Position numbers and translations under genes: made by a program. Shown here one piece after another: positions 47,989-59,949 of a stretch of DNA of 64,000 bases (position 1 is the stretch's first letter; the number at the start of each line of letters is the position of its first letter). Under the pieces are notes generated by a model that saw only the letters and a list, made by a program, of their open reading frames with translations, did not search any database and was not told the DNA's origin. Source of the stretch: Tubiluchus corallicola (lineage: Eukaryota > Animalia > Priapulida); contig JAQGDQ010002377.1 of NCBI GenBank assembly GCA_030141605.1, positions 186,001 to 250,000 of the forward strand, read 5' to 3'.

Positions 47989-50900
47989 TTATTTAACATC
48001 AGCATCAAAATCTTGCACTAATAACTTTGTTTCTTCTGTACCATTTCTTGACCCAACAGCACAGACTAATTTCGTTTGACTTGCTCTGAAACAAAAATAA
48101 GTTGCTATCAACTAACGTCAAACAAAATAATAGTCCTGTTTCTAGTACAGCTATAACGATACAATACTTATGATACATCTGAGTTAACATTTGCAGCCTT
48201 TATAAAAGATTAGATGAAGTTGTTGACAATGAAGGTTAAAATAATTCAATTAACTGCTTGATTTTTATTCATTACTTGTGTAATGAGTAAGCTATTGTTT
48301 GCATAGAAAGCCAAGAAAACGTAAAACATGTCAATACTTTGAGTTTAAAAGGTGTTTGTGCATTTTCTGGCTCACGTTTGCCATTTCACAAGCTTATACG
48401 CAACAATGTAATTAGCCTACTACTGCTTTGGCTGCTAGCAATGCTTGTGTCAAGCCAACAACTTTTCAATGTACTCATTGATACGTTCTACAGCTACAGC
48501 TTCAATTACTTCACGTCAACTTTTATTAGCATACGATTGCCATGTTACGAGTGCACTTCAAGATTCAACTTTAACTAAAACATTAGCTTTTTGAATGTGC
48601 CTAATATTAGCAATAAGGAGTCGGAAACATATTGTCTTGTCTAGACAGGCTGTGTTGTCTTGGCTAACAAACAAGAACTGATAACACAGTAAAAGTTTAC
48701 TATCACCTAGTATTTTATTATGTTTACATAATTGAACTACATTAAAGTCGTGTTCAAAGTGCTTACTTATTAATTCTATAGCCACTACACTCCTATTTAG
48801 GGTTCAAACAATGTTTGTCATTTTTTATACTACTCTGTACTATTTCAATTCATGTTTAAAACTATATTTTTTGCAATGAATTATTGTCATTTCCAGGAAT
48901 AAAAAATCTCATACAAGACCATATATTAAAAGTATAATTGCTATTATCAACTTGTTCTGCATATATCGCATCACACATATTTTGGGAGTCAATCTTAGTA
49001 TGTTGTTTTTGTAATTTTCAGTTAGCTTACCTTATCCTCCACACAACACCACCACTGCCACCACTATCTAAAGACACCAGATTTCGCAGGAATTCACCAG
49101 TCTTCAAATCCCACAGTTTTACGGTACCATCATCAGAAGACGTGATAACAAACTTGCTATTAAACTGCAAACAAGTGACCGCACTCTGATGTTTGTTGGG
49201 GCCTGAAAAGTGTTTACACATCTTGAATGTTATATTATCAATCAAGCAAGTGTGACAGTCACAAAAGAATGTAGAATATAACTTGCCCCAGATAGAGGAA
49301 GATTAAGCAGATTGCTATCTAGGCTAACTATGTGCCTAAGTCAAACAAAAAATACTGAGATTGTTTAATACAGAATATAAAAAGAAAAACATAACATGAA
49401 CTTTTTGATAGAAAGAACACAGAATTATTAAATTCATAATTCAAATATCATCTGCGATTCGAGTCTAGACTCCAGAATCACTGCCAATTTCTTTAGATAT
49501 ATTACTCAAGTTTGGTATTAAAAATTCAATGAATTTCAGCTTGCCCCACCTTTAACTGGCAAACTACAGTAGCTGAACATAGTAGTAAATAGTGGTAAAG
49601 TACTACAGTAGCAAGTAGTAATAGCAGCAGCACCAGTAGAAACCAGTAGTAGAACACATTAAGGTAAGAGACCTAGTTTACCTGTTAATGTTTGCAAGCA
49701 TTGCCCTGTCACGATGTCCCACACTTTGACTGTCGAATCAGCATTCCCCGACACAAGTATGTTGTCCTTGAGCTCCATGCCACTAGTTAACGACTGATGT
49801 CCCATCAGCGTGTGTAAACAGTTACCCGTTTCAATGTCCCAAACACGTATCGATGTATCCAGTGAACCGCTGACTACGTGAATGCCATCAAACTAAAATG
49901 TAAACATCAATCAATGATGTGAGAGACAAGAATAATTTACATAAACATTAAAATACGATACCAGTAGTACTAACAGATGCCATGTACTGTACTCCTATTC
50001 TTGTAATGGATGCATTCGTGTGCAGTGAAAACAAAGCGAAGAATTAGTTAACAAAGTACTTTTAAAATTACACTGATATAATAAAGATAATAACTGCAAC
50101 TACCTAAATTTCCCAGGATTTCAATGTTATGTGATGAGAGAAAGTGGTACTGAGTGGGAGATTTTGTTTTTGTGTTTTGACCATTTACAACAGATGAAAT
50201 ACACCATTGCAGACTCCTGTTTCTGGCAAGATGCGACTTGACAACATATAAATTGTTAACAGTTAAAAGTACATAGTTACATAAAATTAATTTTTTACAT
50301 GAAATTCATTTTTTTTCAAATTATGAAGTTAAAGTCAATGGCTCTTAATTTGTAATTTATTTTGTTATATTAGCTGTAAAAGACATTTGCTTACTCGATT
50401 CTTGCTACTATTACGATCGATTTTTTAAAAATGCCATACCTGTAAGGAATAGACACGATTCGTATGTCCGGTCAACGTGTGTAGGCACTCTTCCGAATCC
50501 GGATTCCAAACTTTAACAGTGTAATCATACGCCCCACTAACAACCCTCTTGCCATCATACTGGACGCATCGGACAGCAGCAACGTGACCCATCAGCACGT
50601 GCAAACACTCACCACTGTCAACGTCCCAGACTCTAAGTGTTGCATCCCGTGATCCACTCACTACTCTGAAATGCAGAAAGATATAACATATTGAATGCAT
50701 TTGGAAAATGATAATATAATGCCATACACACTGAAAAGCAATAAAAATCTGAACACCTGCTTTCTCTAGATCTAGAATCTGGGTTACTGAACATTAAATT
50801 AACATAATAGTCAAACCTCTTTACACCGCCTACTTTGAGAATGCAAAAACGTTATAGCGAGTCTGGCATTATAACAAGGTGCATTCATGCATACGTATTT

Positions 50901-53900
50901 ATGCAAATACGGATATTTTGTTTTACTAAAATTTGGGTCCTGAGGGAGGTTGGCATTACAAAAGGAGCGTTACTCCTTTTGTAATGCCAAACGAGGTTTG
51001 ACTGTAAAAGTCACTGGGTAGATTAAAAGTACATTAAAAACTGAAAAAAGCTTACTTATTCCCATGTAGATGCATGCATCGTACAGTTGACGTGTGCCCG
51101 TACAGAGTGTGCGTACACTGTCCAGTGTCGGCATTCCAAACCTTTAGTGTGCGGTCAGTTGAACCACTGATTATAATGTTACCCGACATCTGTGATGACC
51201 AAACACCGCCAGTGTGACCAACAAGTGTGCGTAAACACTAGAAAAAGTTGGATGTTGTATTATGTTGTTACAACTATTAAATTAAAACAGGCTTTCCTAA
51301 TTTGTTACACAAAAGTTTTTGAACTTTGCTTCATAGGTCTGTATGTACAACGGACACAATGAAACTGTAGGCAAAAGTGTGACTTAGCATTTTGTTTGTT
51401 ATTCTATACATTGTTGTATGTTTACATTTGTATTGATGGAACATTTATGAAACAATAAATAAGATATGTGTCCAAAGAAACTTCGCTTACCTTTCCGGTG
51501 GTTGCTGACCACACCTTGAGCGTGTTGTCATCCGATCCGCTGACAACCCGGTTACCTGAGAACTGCAGACAGGTGATAACATGATCATCGTGTCCCTTCA
51601 ACACCTAGAAAAGCACAAATATTTTTCCAATATTAAATAAAAAAATCTTTAGTTTTGCTTACCAAAACATATGGGCAGGATAGAAACTGAAATGTAGAAT
51701 ATCGTAATAGAATAAACTGACAACTCAAGGTTTTTTTGTAAGGCAAACATAACCGAAACTGAGCCCTAATTTAAACCTGGACTTTTGGATTCTAAATCCA
51801 ATGCCAAGATAAGAAATTGAAATAGCCAGAACTAACTTTAGACTACAAGTCCAATATCAGCTAGGTTCGTTCTCAGCTTTTCACATTTTTTTATTTGAAC
51901 AAGTCTGGTTAAAAAAATCTCAACTAATAGCTCATACCATTATTAAGTGACAATGTTATAAAAATTTAAAGATTATAAATAACAGCGCACGTTCTTAACT
52001 TATACCTTGGGCGTGCGAATTTGACCGACTCGCCAATTCATTTCAATCTGATGCTGTCGCATGTAAGCACTTTTCCAAGGACTTCGATGAGTGCCAGAGA
52101 CTAATCTTCGTTTCCTAGATAAAAACAAAGCAAGGAAATCTGTAAAAAAAAACGACCTGAGACAAATGAAATATTTGCGACAGAATTTCTTCATCAAGAT
52201 GGATATAAAAATCAAGACTTAGACAACTTAATTCTCCGCACCAATTTAAAAGCTTAAAGGAAGTATTATCTATCAACATAAAAACTGGAACAATAAATGA
52301 AAGATGAAAATAAAACAGCAAAATACTTTTGAAATTTTATGCACACAATTGATAAGAACATCTCATAGTTCTAAGAGTTTCAGGACAAAATCGCATTCTA
52401 AAAATATCTCTGTCGTTGGGTATACACTTTTGTTTGCTCTACTAAAGAGTCCCATGAAGCAGGTATGCTCTACTTAGAATAGTTTAAATGGTTTCAGGTG
52501 TTTGAGCTAATACAGTAGAAAATGACAACCCCATTATTAGCAGTTTCATTTACGGAAAGGGGTGACAAGAGATTACTAACACAAGTGTAATGTTCAGTGG
52601 ATGCACGTGCATGTAATATGTAAGTTTTACTGTAATATGTAATATGCAAGTATAACAGGCTATGCCATCACAAACACCGTGACAAAACAAGATTCTAATG
52701 TATATGAAATTCAAGAAACTAGGCGCAAGGCAAAAATTTTGCCACAAGCGCAATGTAAAAGTGAATGATTGGAAGTCAATCGAGTTTGACTGAAACCATG
52801 CTGTCACTAGCTTATTTTTAATAGCAAACATTCTTAATCATGTTTCTATGCTTCATTCGTATAAGAACAAAAAGCCAATGTCGTGCTCTGTATAAAACTG
52901 CATACATACTTGTTAAACACGACTGCCTCGTCTATTCCAGCTTCTCGGCACTTCTCTCGCCAAAGTAGATTATCCTCGGCTAACACACGCCAATAACGAC
53001 ATGTCTGAGCCGCATGTAAAAGTGACCGAGGCTCCAAAAACGACAACACGTACAGGGCAAGCTAAAAAGGTCAACATTATGTTATGCATTAATTTCACTC
53101 TGTATCATTATCTATTAACTATTACTGATCTATTAATTATTACTGACTGTAAGCAGTTAGTTTTTCAACAGCAAACACAACTTATCTAAGCATAATAGTC
53201 TTATAATTTTCCAAAGTTCAAAAAAATTTAAGCAATTTTGGAAAAATGGCCCGCAGGCATTAAATTTTATATGAAAATGAATGAATGAATGTCTCTGTCG
53301 TGAGTGTAAAACTTAAATGAGCCATGGTCAATAAATTGCGACAGCAAATTGCAGACTATTTTTCTAAAACGAACCAGAAAGTTTACAAAAAAGCTAAAAC
53401 AAAAGAATATTTACACGGTTTTCCTCTCTCGTTCAAATGACTAATTATGATGCATTAGGTGAAATTGCAATGCACAAATGCTGGTCATTTCCAAGTTTTT
53501 TTTAAATATTAGGAGTACACAATAATTAACATTAGCAACTACAAATAGTGCATGAAAAACTATTAGCTTAGAGCAGTGGTTCTTAACCTGGATTCGATCG
53601 AACCCTAGGGGTTCGGTGAGTCGATCTCAGGGGTTCAGCAGAGTGGCCAAGGTGAAGCCATGCATATCTGAACTGGTCTCTCAAAGGCAACAGCAGAAGT
53701 CACACTGATTTGCAGGTATGTAATTTGTTGTGAGTTTATGCATTGTGTTGGTTTTGTTCTTTGAATAAGGTGATGTTCATGCACGGCTCATTTTGTGTAC
53801 CAGTAAAAAACATATCTATGTCTTGAATTTGAAAAAAATCATATTTTATTTTTCACTAAAGAAGGGTTCGGTGAATGCGCATATGAAACTGGTGGGGTTC

Positions 53901-54994
53901 GGTACCTCCAACAAGGTTAAGAACCACTGGCTTAGAGGCATACCAACTCCTGTTAGTTCAACAGCAATTCAACTAGATGGCAGAATCAGTGCTCTAAACT
54001 TTGGTGTTGACCATAAAATGTGCATAAAATGGCAACAGAACTGACAAGTAAGAGGAAGCATTATAAGCTAGTGCTCTTACAAATTACCATTTCTGACGCA
54101 GCAAAAATTTGTATCAAAACTCAAATTATGTGAATATTAGAATTACTTGTTAACCTAAGAAATATGTTAACATGAGAAATGAAAAACAGTTAATTACCTC
54201 TTTTGGCAATAAGCTGATAAAATCCCTCTGAAATTGTGGCTCAATAACAGTCATGATATGTCGTACCTGTGTTGGCTCACATAATTCTATTAGTTGATCT
54301 AACGCTAGCAAGCGCTCAGCATTACTCCATGACTAAAAGTAAATACAAAAAATATTTAGCTCTTACAATAAAGAAATCATCACCTTCGTAAAAGAATCAA
54401 GAGACTACATTTTTTCAGATTCAGATGACCACAAGCTTTCTCAAACATACAACTTTATCTACACACAACGATTAACTATGAGCAATTTTTTTCCATTTCT
54501 AAATTTGCGATCAGTATGAATCTCAAAGTAAACTGACCTGAAATACTTTTAGCCACTCGTTCATCTCCACTGGTGGATTAGATTTGGACGGGATGCGTCG
54601 TCGTGGCGTTAATGAGGCAGATGTAGCGCCTGTTGGTAAACCAAAAGCCTGATGACGGTCTGCCATCACTCCCTCTTGTGGTGGGTAATGATAACTAGCT
54701 GACCTGAAATTTTCGTTTAAAAACGCAGTAATATTGCTGAATTTAAACTGGCACTTAGCGGACTCCTACTTTTCTTTAAAATGAAAGGTAGCAATTTTGC
54801 TATAAAAATACGTATAAGATACGACTGTACCACACTTACTGGGAATAGAACGGTGGTAGGCTATCGCTAAATTGGCACATTTTTCTGGTGGAAGAAGAAT
54901 TCGGTGTTCCAGTTGGGGAATCGCCCGACTTGCGCTTGATCTTGGCAGCACAGTTCTCTGTGGTAGGCTCATCACGTTCTGACTTTCTTTTTGA
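47989..54994 (-). CDS. FBXW7: F-box/WD repeat-containing protein 7 (Fbw7/archipelago/SEL-10), common exons; first exon(s) uncertain
   Basis: Exons in transcription order: 54994-54840, 54703-54538, 54332-54198, 53061-52910, 52114-52006, 51604-51491, 51237-51056, 50665-50440, 49892-49682, 49202-49031, 48085-47989 (TAA); phases compatible. Dimerisation/F-box [25 protein letters not shown]; WD40 [44 protein letters not shown]; end [22 protein letters not shown]. Confidence 0.97.
50808..51004. mobile_element. Short Tigger-type MITE remnant in an FBXW7 intron
   Basis: TAGTCAAACCTC ... GAGGTTTGACTG|TA inverted termini. Confidence 0.6.
53574..53929. mobile_element. hAT-Charlie-type MITE with perfect 8-bp TSD
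   Basis: GCTTAGAG|CAGTGGTTCTTAACCT ... AGGTTAAGAACCACTG|GCTTAGAG: perfect 16-bp TIR and 8-bp TSD with central TA; repeated GGGTTCGG subterminal motifs. Confidence 0.93.
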
Positions 54995-55138
54995 CTAAAA
55001 GAAAATATTTAAAATTAATTTAAACAACCAAAATAAATGAATATTTATGTACAAATGTACATAAAATGCAGCGGAAATGGCAAAGTATAATTTTAAACAC
55101 CTGAAATGAAACTCAAGCAATGACTAATGGAACGTTAC

Positions 55139-55170
55139 CTTGCCAGGTGTCATTCTGTTTTTTCTAAGTC
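55139..55170 (-). CDS. Candidate 32-nt FBXW7 5' exon (..LRKNRMTPGK)
   Basis: Branch-like TGCTAAT, acceptor TTGTCAG and donor AAG|GTAACG; ends in phase 0, in frame with the SKRKS exon; contains an in-frame ATG (MTPGK). Confidence 0.5.
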
Positions 55171-55502
55171 CTGACAATGCAGTCAAATATTAGCAATCAC
55201 TTTCATGGAATACGTATAATCTTAAAAGTAATCCAATGACATAAAACCAAAATAAACAAAAAAAACCAACATTTTTCATTTGTCTACTTTTTAATTAAAC
55301 CTGTAAATGTAGCACAGAAAACAAAGAAAAGATAAATTTCCAGGAAAGTGTGTATTCTTACAAGAAATCAATCAAATATCGTAAAAACACAAACAAAGAA
55401 AGTAAGAAATAACTAGAGAGTCATTATGTCTGAGATAACAGCACTACGAATGTCAGAATTTCTTAAATGCATGAAGCATACTAAATTCAAGAAATAATCA
55501 TA

Positions 55503-55973
55503 AAGAAGTCACAGTGCCCTTTGAATCTCAAAAACTTTTATTTTTCCAGAAGCTTTCATTCCGTCACGGACTACATGTAAAGTGTAAGTATACAATGACA
55601 TTAAAATAGAGGATACAAAGTTCATTAAGAAGGCTTTATTTCATGATCTATTCTAGGCCATACAAGTAGCTTCAGGTATGTTTGTCAGCAGTTTCATTTT
55701 GATCTTGATTTTTTTTATTAATTAGAAATTGTAATGTTTTTTCTAAATAAGTTTTTAATACAGCTTCCCAATGATTTTTTTTTCTATTTTAGTTTTTAAT
55801 ACAGCTTCTTAATGAATTTTGTATCCCTTATTTTAATGCCATTGTATACTTACACTTTACATGTAGTTTTATCTATAATTTTTATGATTTTTTAAATTGT
55901 TGTATCTCTACCAAGCACAAATGCACCAGGGAAAATAATTTTTTTTGAGACTTAAAGGGCACTTTGTCTTCTT
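55503..55973. mobile_element. MITE with ~32-bp imperfect TIRs (Kolobok-like, tentative)
   Basis: AAGAAGTCACAGTGCCCTTTGAATCTCAAAAA versus the reverse complement of the right end AAGAAGACAAAGTGCCCTTTAAGTCTCAAAAA. Confidence 0.65.
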
Positions 55974-58900
55974 CAAGCTAAATTTAAGAAAGTTCAATGT
56001 TGCGTTAAAATTGTAAGACAGGAGTAAAACCAGTTACTGAGTGAGTAGCACGTTGGATTAAGGAGTCACCACTAGTGAAGGTGGATCCTAGTGAAGGGGC
56101 AGGTAGAGCATCATGAGTGATGACCCCAAAAATTATAATTAAAAAAAACTTTTTCTTTTTCAGGGAAATCTCAGCCTGAAAGCAGTAATTAGCGAGTTAA
56201 AAAGAATCATAATGTTTGTAATCAAACTCCAAACTCATAGATAAATTTTAAATGTCATCAAATTAGTTGGCTCTCAACTCAATAATAGATTTTTACACAT
56301 TGAAATGTGATAACCCAATGAATAAATAAATACTAATGATGATGATGATGATGATGACAACGACGACGACAACAACAACAATAATAGTTGATTAACTGAA
56401 CAACAAAAGTGTGAAAAAATTGTGAGTCAACCAGGCAATTAGCAAGTTTACTTTTATTTCAATTGGTTAAATCTTGTGCAAGTAAAATAAGATACGTACA
56501 GAAATCCATGCTAAAAATTAATGATAGTTTAATTAATTAGTTATTAATGTGACATTCATTAGTTCTTGAGAGTTTTGGTTGCAAATGCTGCAATTAATTA
56601 AATTCATGAGCTCTGCTAAAACATTCAAATTTTCTTATTTCTATGATCAAATTGATAGAAAAACAGCAAAGCTGTGTTAACGTAATTTGTGATTGATGAG
56701 GCAAATTACTGAAACATTGGCGTGTGGTTAAAAATCAGTCATGGTGATTGTTAATTTGACATTTTGTCAAGTTTTCAGAAATTTGAAAAAGAGTTCCAAA
56801 AAATGCTTTACAAATAAATAGTTTCAGATACTGAGCTTCTATAAATGGCTTTTGCATGACAAACCTCCCACACAATTTACTTAAAATTTTACTGAATATC
56901 ATATACAAACAACTAGTGCTTTAGAAAGAGAAAGGAACAGAGCTACAAGATGTCCTCTTTCAAAAACATCATACAGTGTGGGTTAAGCAATTGTATAATT
57001 CCTTGTCGTTGACTTTTCTCTTGAATATTCTACTAAAAAATATTTTAATGTCCAATATAATAATTATTTAAAGCAAACTTATTATTTCTATAGCAGACTT
57101 AGTGAAGTATTTGAGACGGGGTAGCAAAAGACAGCGGAGAGCCGTCATTGATTGTTCAGTACTGCATGGACGTTTATTAGGTACTTTACATAATTTACAT
57201 ACTTTACTCATATACTTGTTCATGCCTTTGTTAATGAGTACAATACTTGTTGGCACACACTTTAATTATGTGTAAAACGATAACAATTCCACGATTATGT
57301 GTAAAACGTTTTTGCAGGACGTTTGTTTGTCAATTTTAATAACAATATTGCTGCACACAGCGCTCACTCGAAAAATTGTGACTACTAACGAGTGTTATTA
57401 CCACTTACAATGAGCTATTTATTAAGCATAATAATTCCTGTATGCATCATTATACATTTTGGTATGCCATTTTGTTATTAGTGTTACGTATCATTGAATG
57501 TACATTGCTTTTTGTGACAAATAATAATAAATCTAGAAACAAAGCGGTTTAGCTTTTACAAAATGCCAATGTATCACCTTAAGAAGCAATTGGTTAAATT
57601 AAATTCGGTGTAACTCAAACAGTCTAGAACAGTGTGACAAAAGCTGGCGATAAAAGCCTGACCTACAGTGCAAAAACAATTACGTGCGTCATCAATTTTA
57701 CAAATTGTTACACTACTTGACATCAATGACACCTTTGGTAACAGCGTCTCGCCCAAATTTTCTTACAAAGCGCACGCTACTGAATTCAAGGTGTTATATC
57801 AACAATCAACGCACAGTCAAATGGTCGCGAGTTCGAGACACTTGCTGGCTGTTCTTATATATAGTTTCCCTTTTAGGCTAGCCGGCTTACTGATTGGCAT
57901 TACAATATCCTGGCGCGTCTATGAGGAAAGGAGGCACCTGAGATGAGCAGTGAAAGAGCTTATCAGTATGCTAAGACAGGAGCGCCGGCACAGTAAATAA
58001 ATGAATGGGCCCAATAAATGAAAGAGGCCAGCGATAAAGTAGTAAAAATTGCACGAACACGTACGCATGTTTAACACAAAAAACATAATGCCTTATTGTT
58101 GCTTAGCAACTATTTTTGTTTTTAATGTTCTTGTTTCACACCGGTATATACTGTTTTAACACTTCTTATGTAATTTCCTGCTGATAATACCGCTAGAGTG
58201 AAAGCTTCTGAAATAATATAATGCTAGAAATGAGAGGTATAAGTTTTGCAAAAAAAAAATGGCAAAATGGCCATTTTTGGAGGCTTTTCGCCCCCGTTCC
58301 TCCCCTATATACCACTGAAATTATATATATGGTCATTGAGACTATAATGGGCATTATGTTTTTTATGTTAAAGATGACAAGTCCCATATTTTAAACGTAT
58401 GGATACTTACCATTCGTAGTATATGGATGTAAATTATAAAAAAAAACTGTAGTAGTACAGTAGACGCTAAAAACCGTCTAAATTTCAATAGTATGTGTAA
58501 GAATAGGACGCAAAAATTTTTTGACATAGTATTCATTTTGTCAACACGTTACATCAACGCATGCCTACATGCCTATAATATAACAGCAGCACATTACTTG
58601 AAGTTTTCCAAACGCTAGACGGATATGGGTAACACAAAATTAACAGACATTACGTCGTCGTCGATAATGGTAGAGACACTGAACAGTAATGAATGAATCT
58701 CTATTATTAACTCCCTACATAGGCAGATTTTGATGAAAACAAAAAAAGGAAGCAATTCCTTAGATGGATCAAAAGTGAAGCCAAAAAAAATATTAGCGAA
58801 TAAAGAAAAGGCACAGTATAAATAGAAATACATGTGTGTCGAAAAAAACTTCATAAAGTAAACAAGAGCTATGAATTACAATCGTCATAATCACTGGCTA

Positions 58901-59886
58901 TTTAATTGACACGTTTTTCCTCATGAAGTGCACAAAGGAGTTGCAGAAGACTAGTAACCAAAAAGGCTAAAAAATGGGCTAGTAATGTAAGAACAACTGA
59001 CAGAGAAAAACAGCGAAAAAAAGATAATATGGGACACAAGGGGGAAGGATAGAACATATTGTCATCATCGCTATCGTCATCGTCATGGTCACCATCATCA
59101 TCATCGCATTGCCTCAACTTGTATTTTTATGATATTATACAATACATTGAATACCATCACTACTATACAAAACTACTAATGTACAACCCCAGTACAAGTA
59201 TGGTTAGATTTGCTTTTGTGAACAACTGATTTAAAGCAACAAACAATTTAAAAGCAGCAAAGTAAGAGAAGTAAGTGAGTTTACTTTATGTCAATTTACA
59301 TTACATACGAATATGAGTATTAGCTTATAATGTATAAAGAAAATCTACTTAATAAGAGGTTGTTCCGTAAAGTTAAACAGATATTTCATATTACAAAAGT
59401 GAAGATACATGGGATCATTACCAACAATATCTCTTGCTTCTTCATTTGAAAATGTGAACATCTTTACTCTCTTTATAATAATTACACAAGTCGAAGGACG
59501 GAGAAGCACTGATTAGTTTCACTGTTAAATCAATATTCATTAAATGATAAATAAACAACACATGCCATGATGCCCGTACATCTTTATTGAACTGCACAGC
59601 AATTTGTAACTGATAAATCAATTTTTTGTAAAAAAAAACCTTGCCGCTATTTAGGAAGATTTACCGCTATTCCGTCTTTCTTGATAACTGAGGAGGACAG
59701 ACCAAGAAAAAGAGAAAGAGAAACGGAAAAGAGCCAGAGAATGAAAAAGACACAGAAATAGGATCGCGAGAGAGAGAAAGAGACAGATCGTCGTTTGCTC
59801 CGAGTGTGTTCGGAATCAGACCAGCCGCCAATCAATACTTAATCAAAGGCCAAAAACAACAGTGCAATGTGATTAATCAACCTTAC

Positions 59887-59949
59887 CTTGGGAGTAAAAA
59901 TCAGCGTGACACGAGGTTTGCAAGATGGAGCATCATCCAGTACCCACAT
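59887..59949 (-). CDS. Candidate alternative first coding exon of FBXW7 (MWVLDDAPSCKPRVTLIFTPK)
   Basis: ATG at 59949; strong donor AAG|GTAAGG; phase 0, so it joins the SKRKS exon; GC/CpG-rich promoter-like patch at ~60110-60250. Confidence 0.45.

Noticed and set aside
48506-48520. Minus-strand GTTGACGTGAAGTAA (VDVK-stop) resembling the FBXW7 C-terminus
   Set aside because: The true terminal exon is 48085-47989; no upstream homologous coding sequence adjoins this motif.
53294-53306. TCTGTCGTGAGTG match to the 5' region of U11 snRNA
   Set aside because: Only 13 nt, with no further U11 similarity or fold evident.
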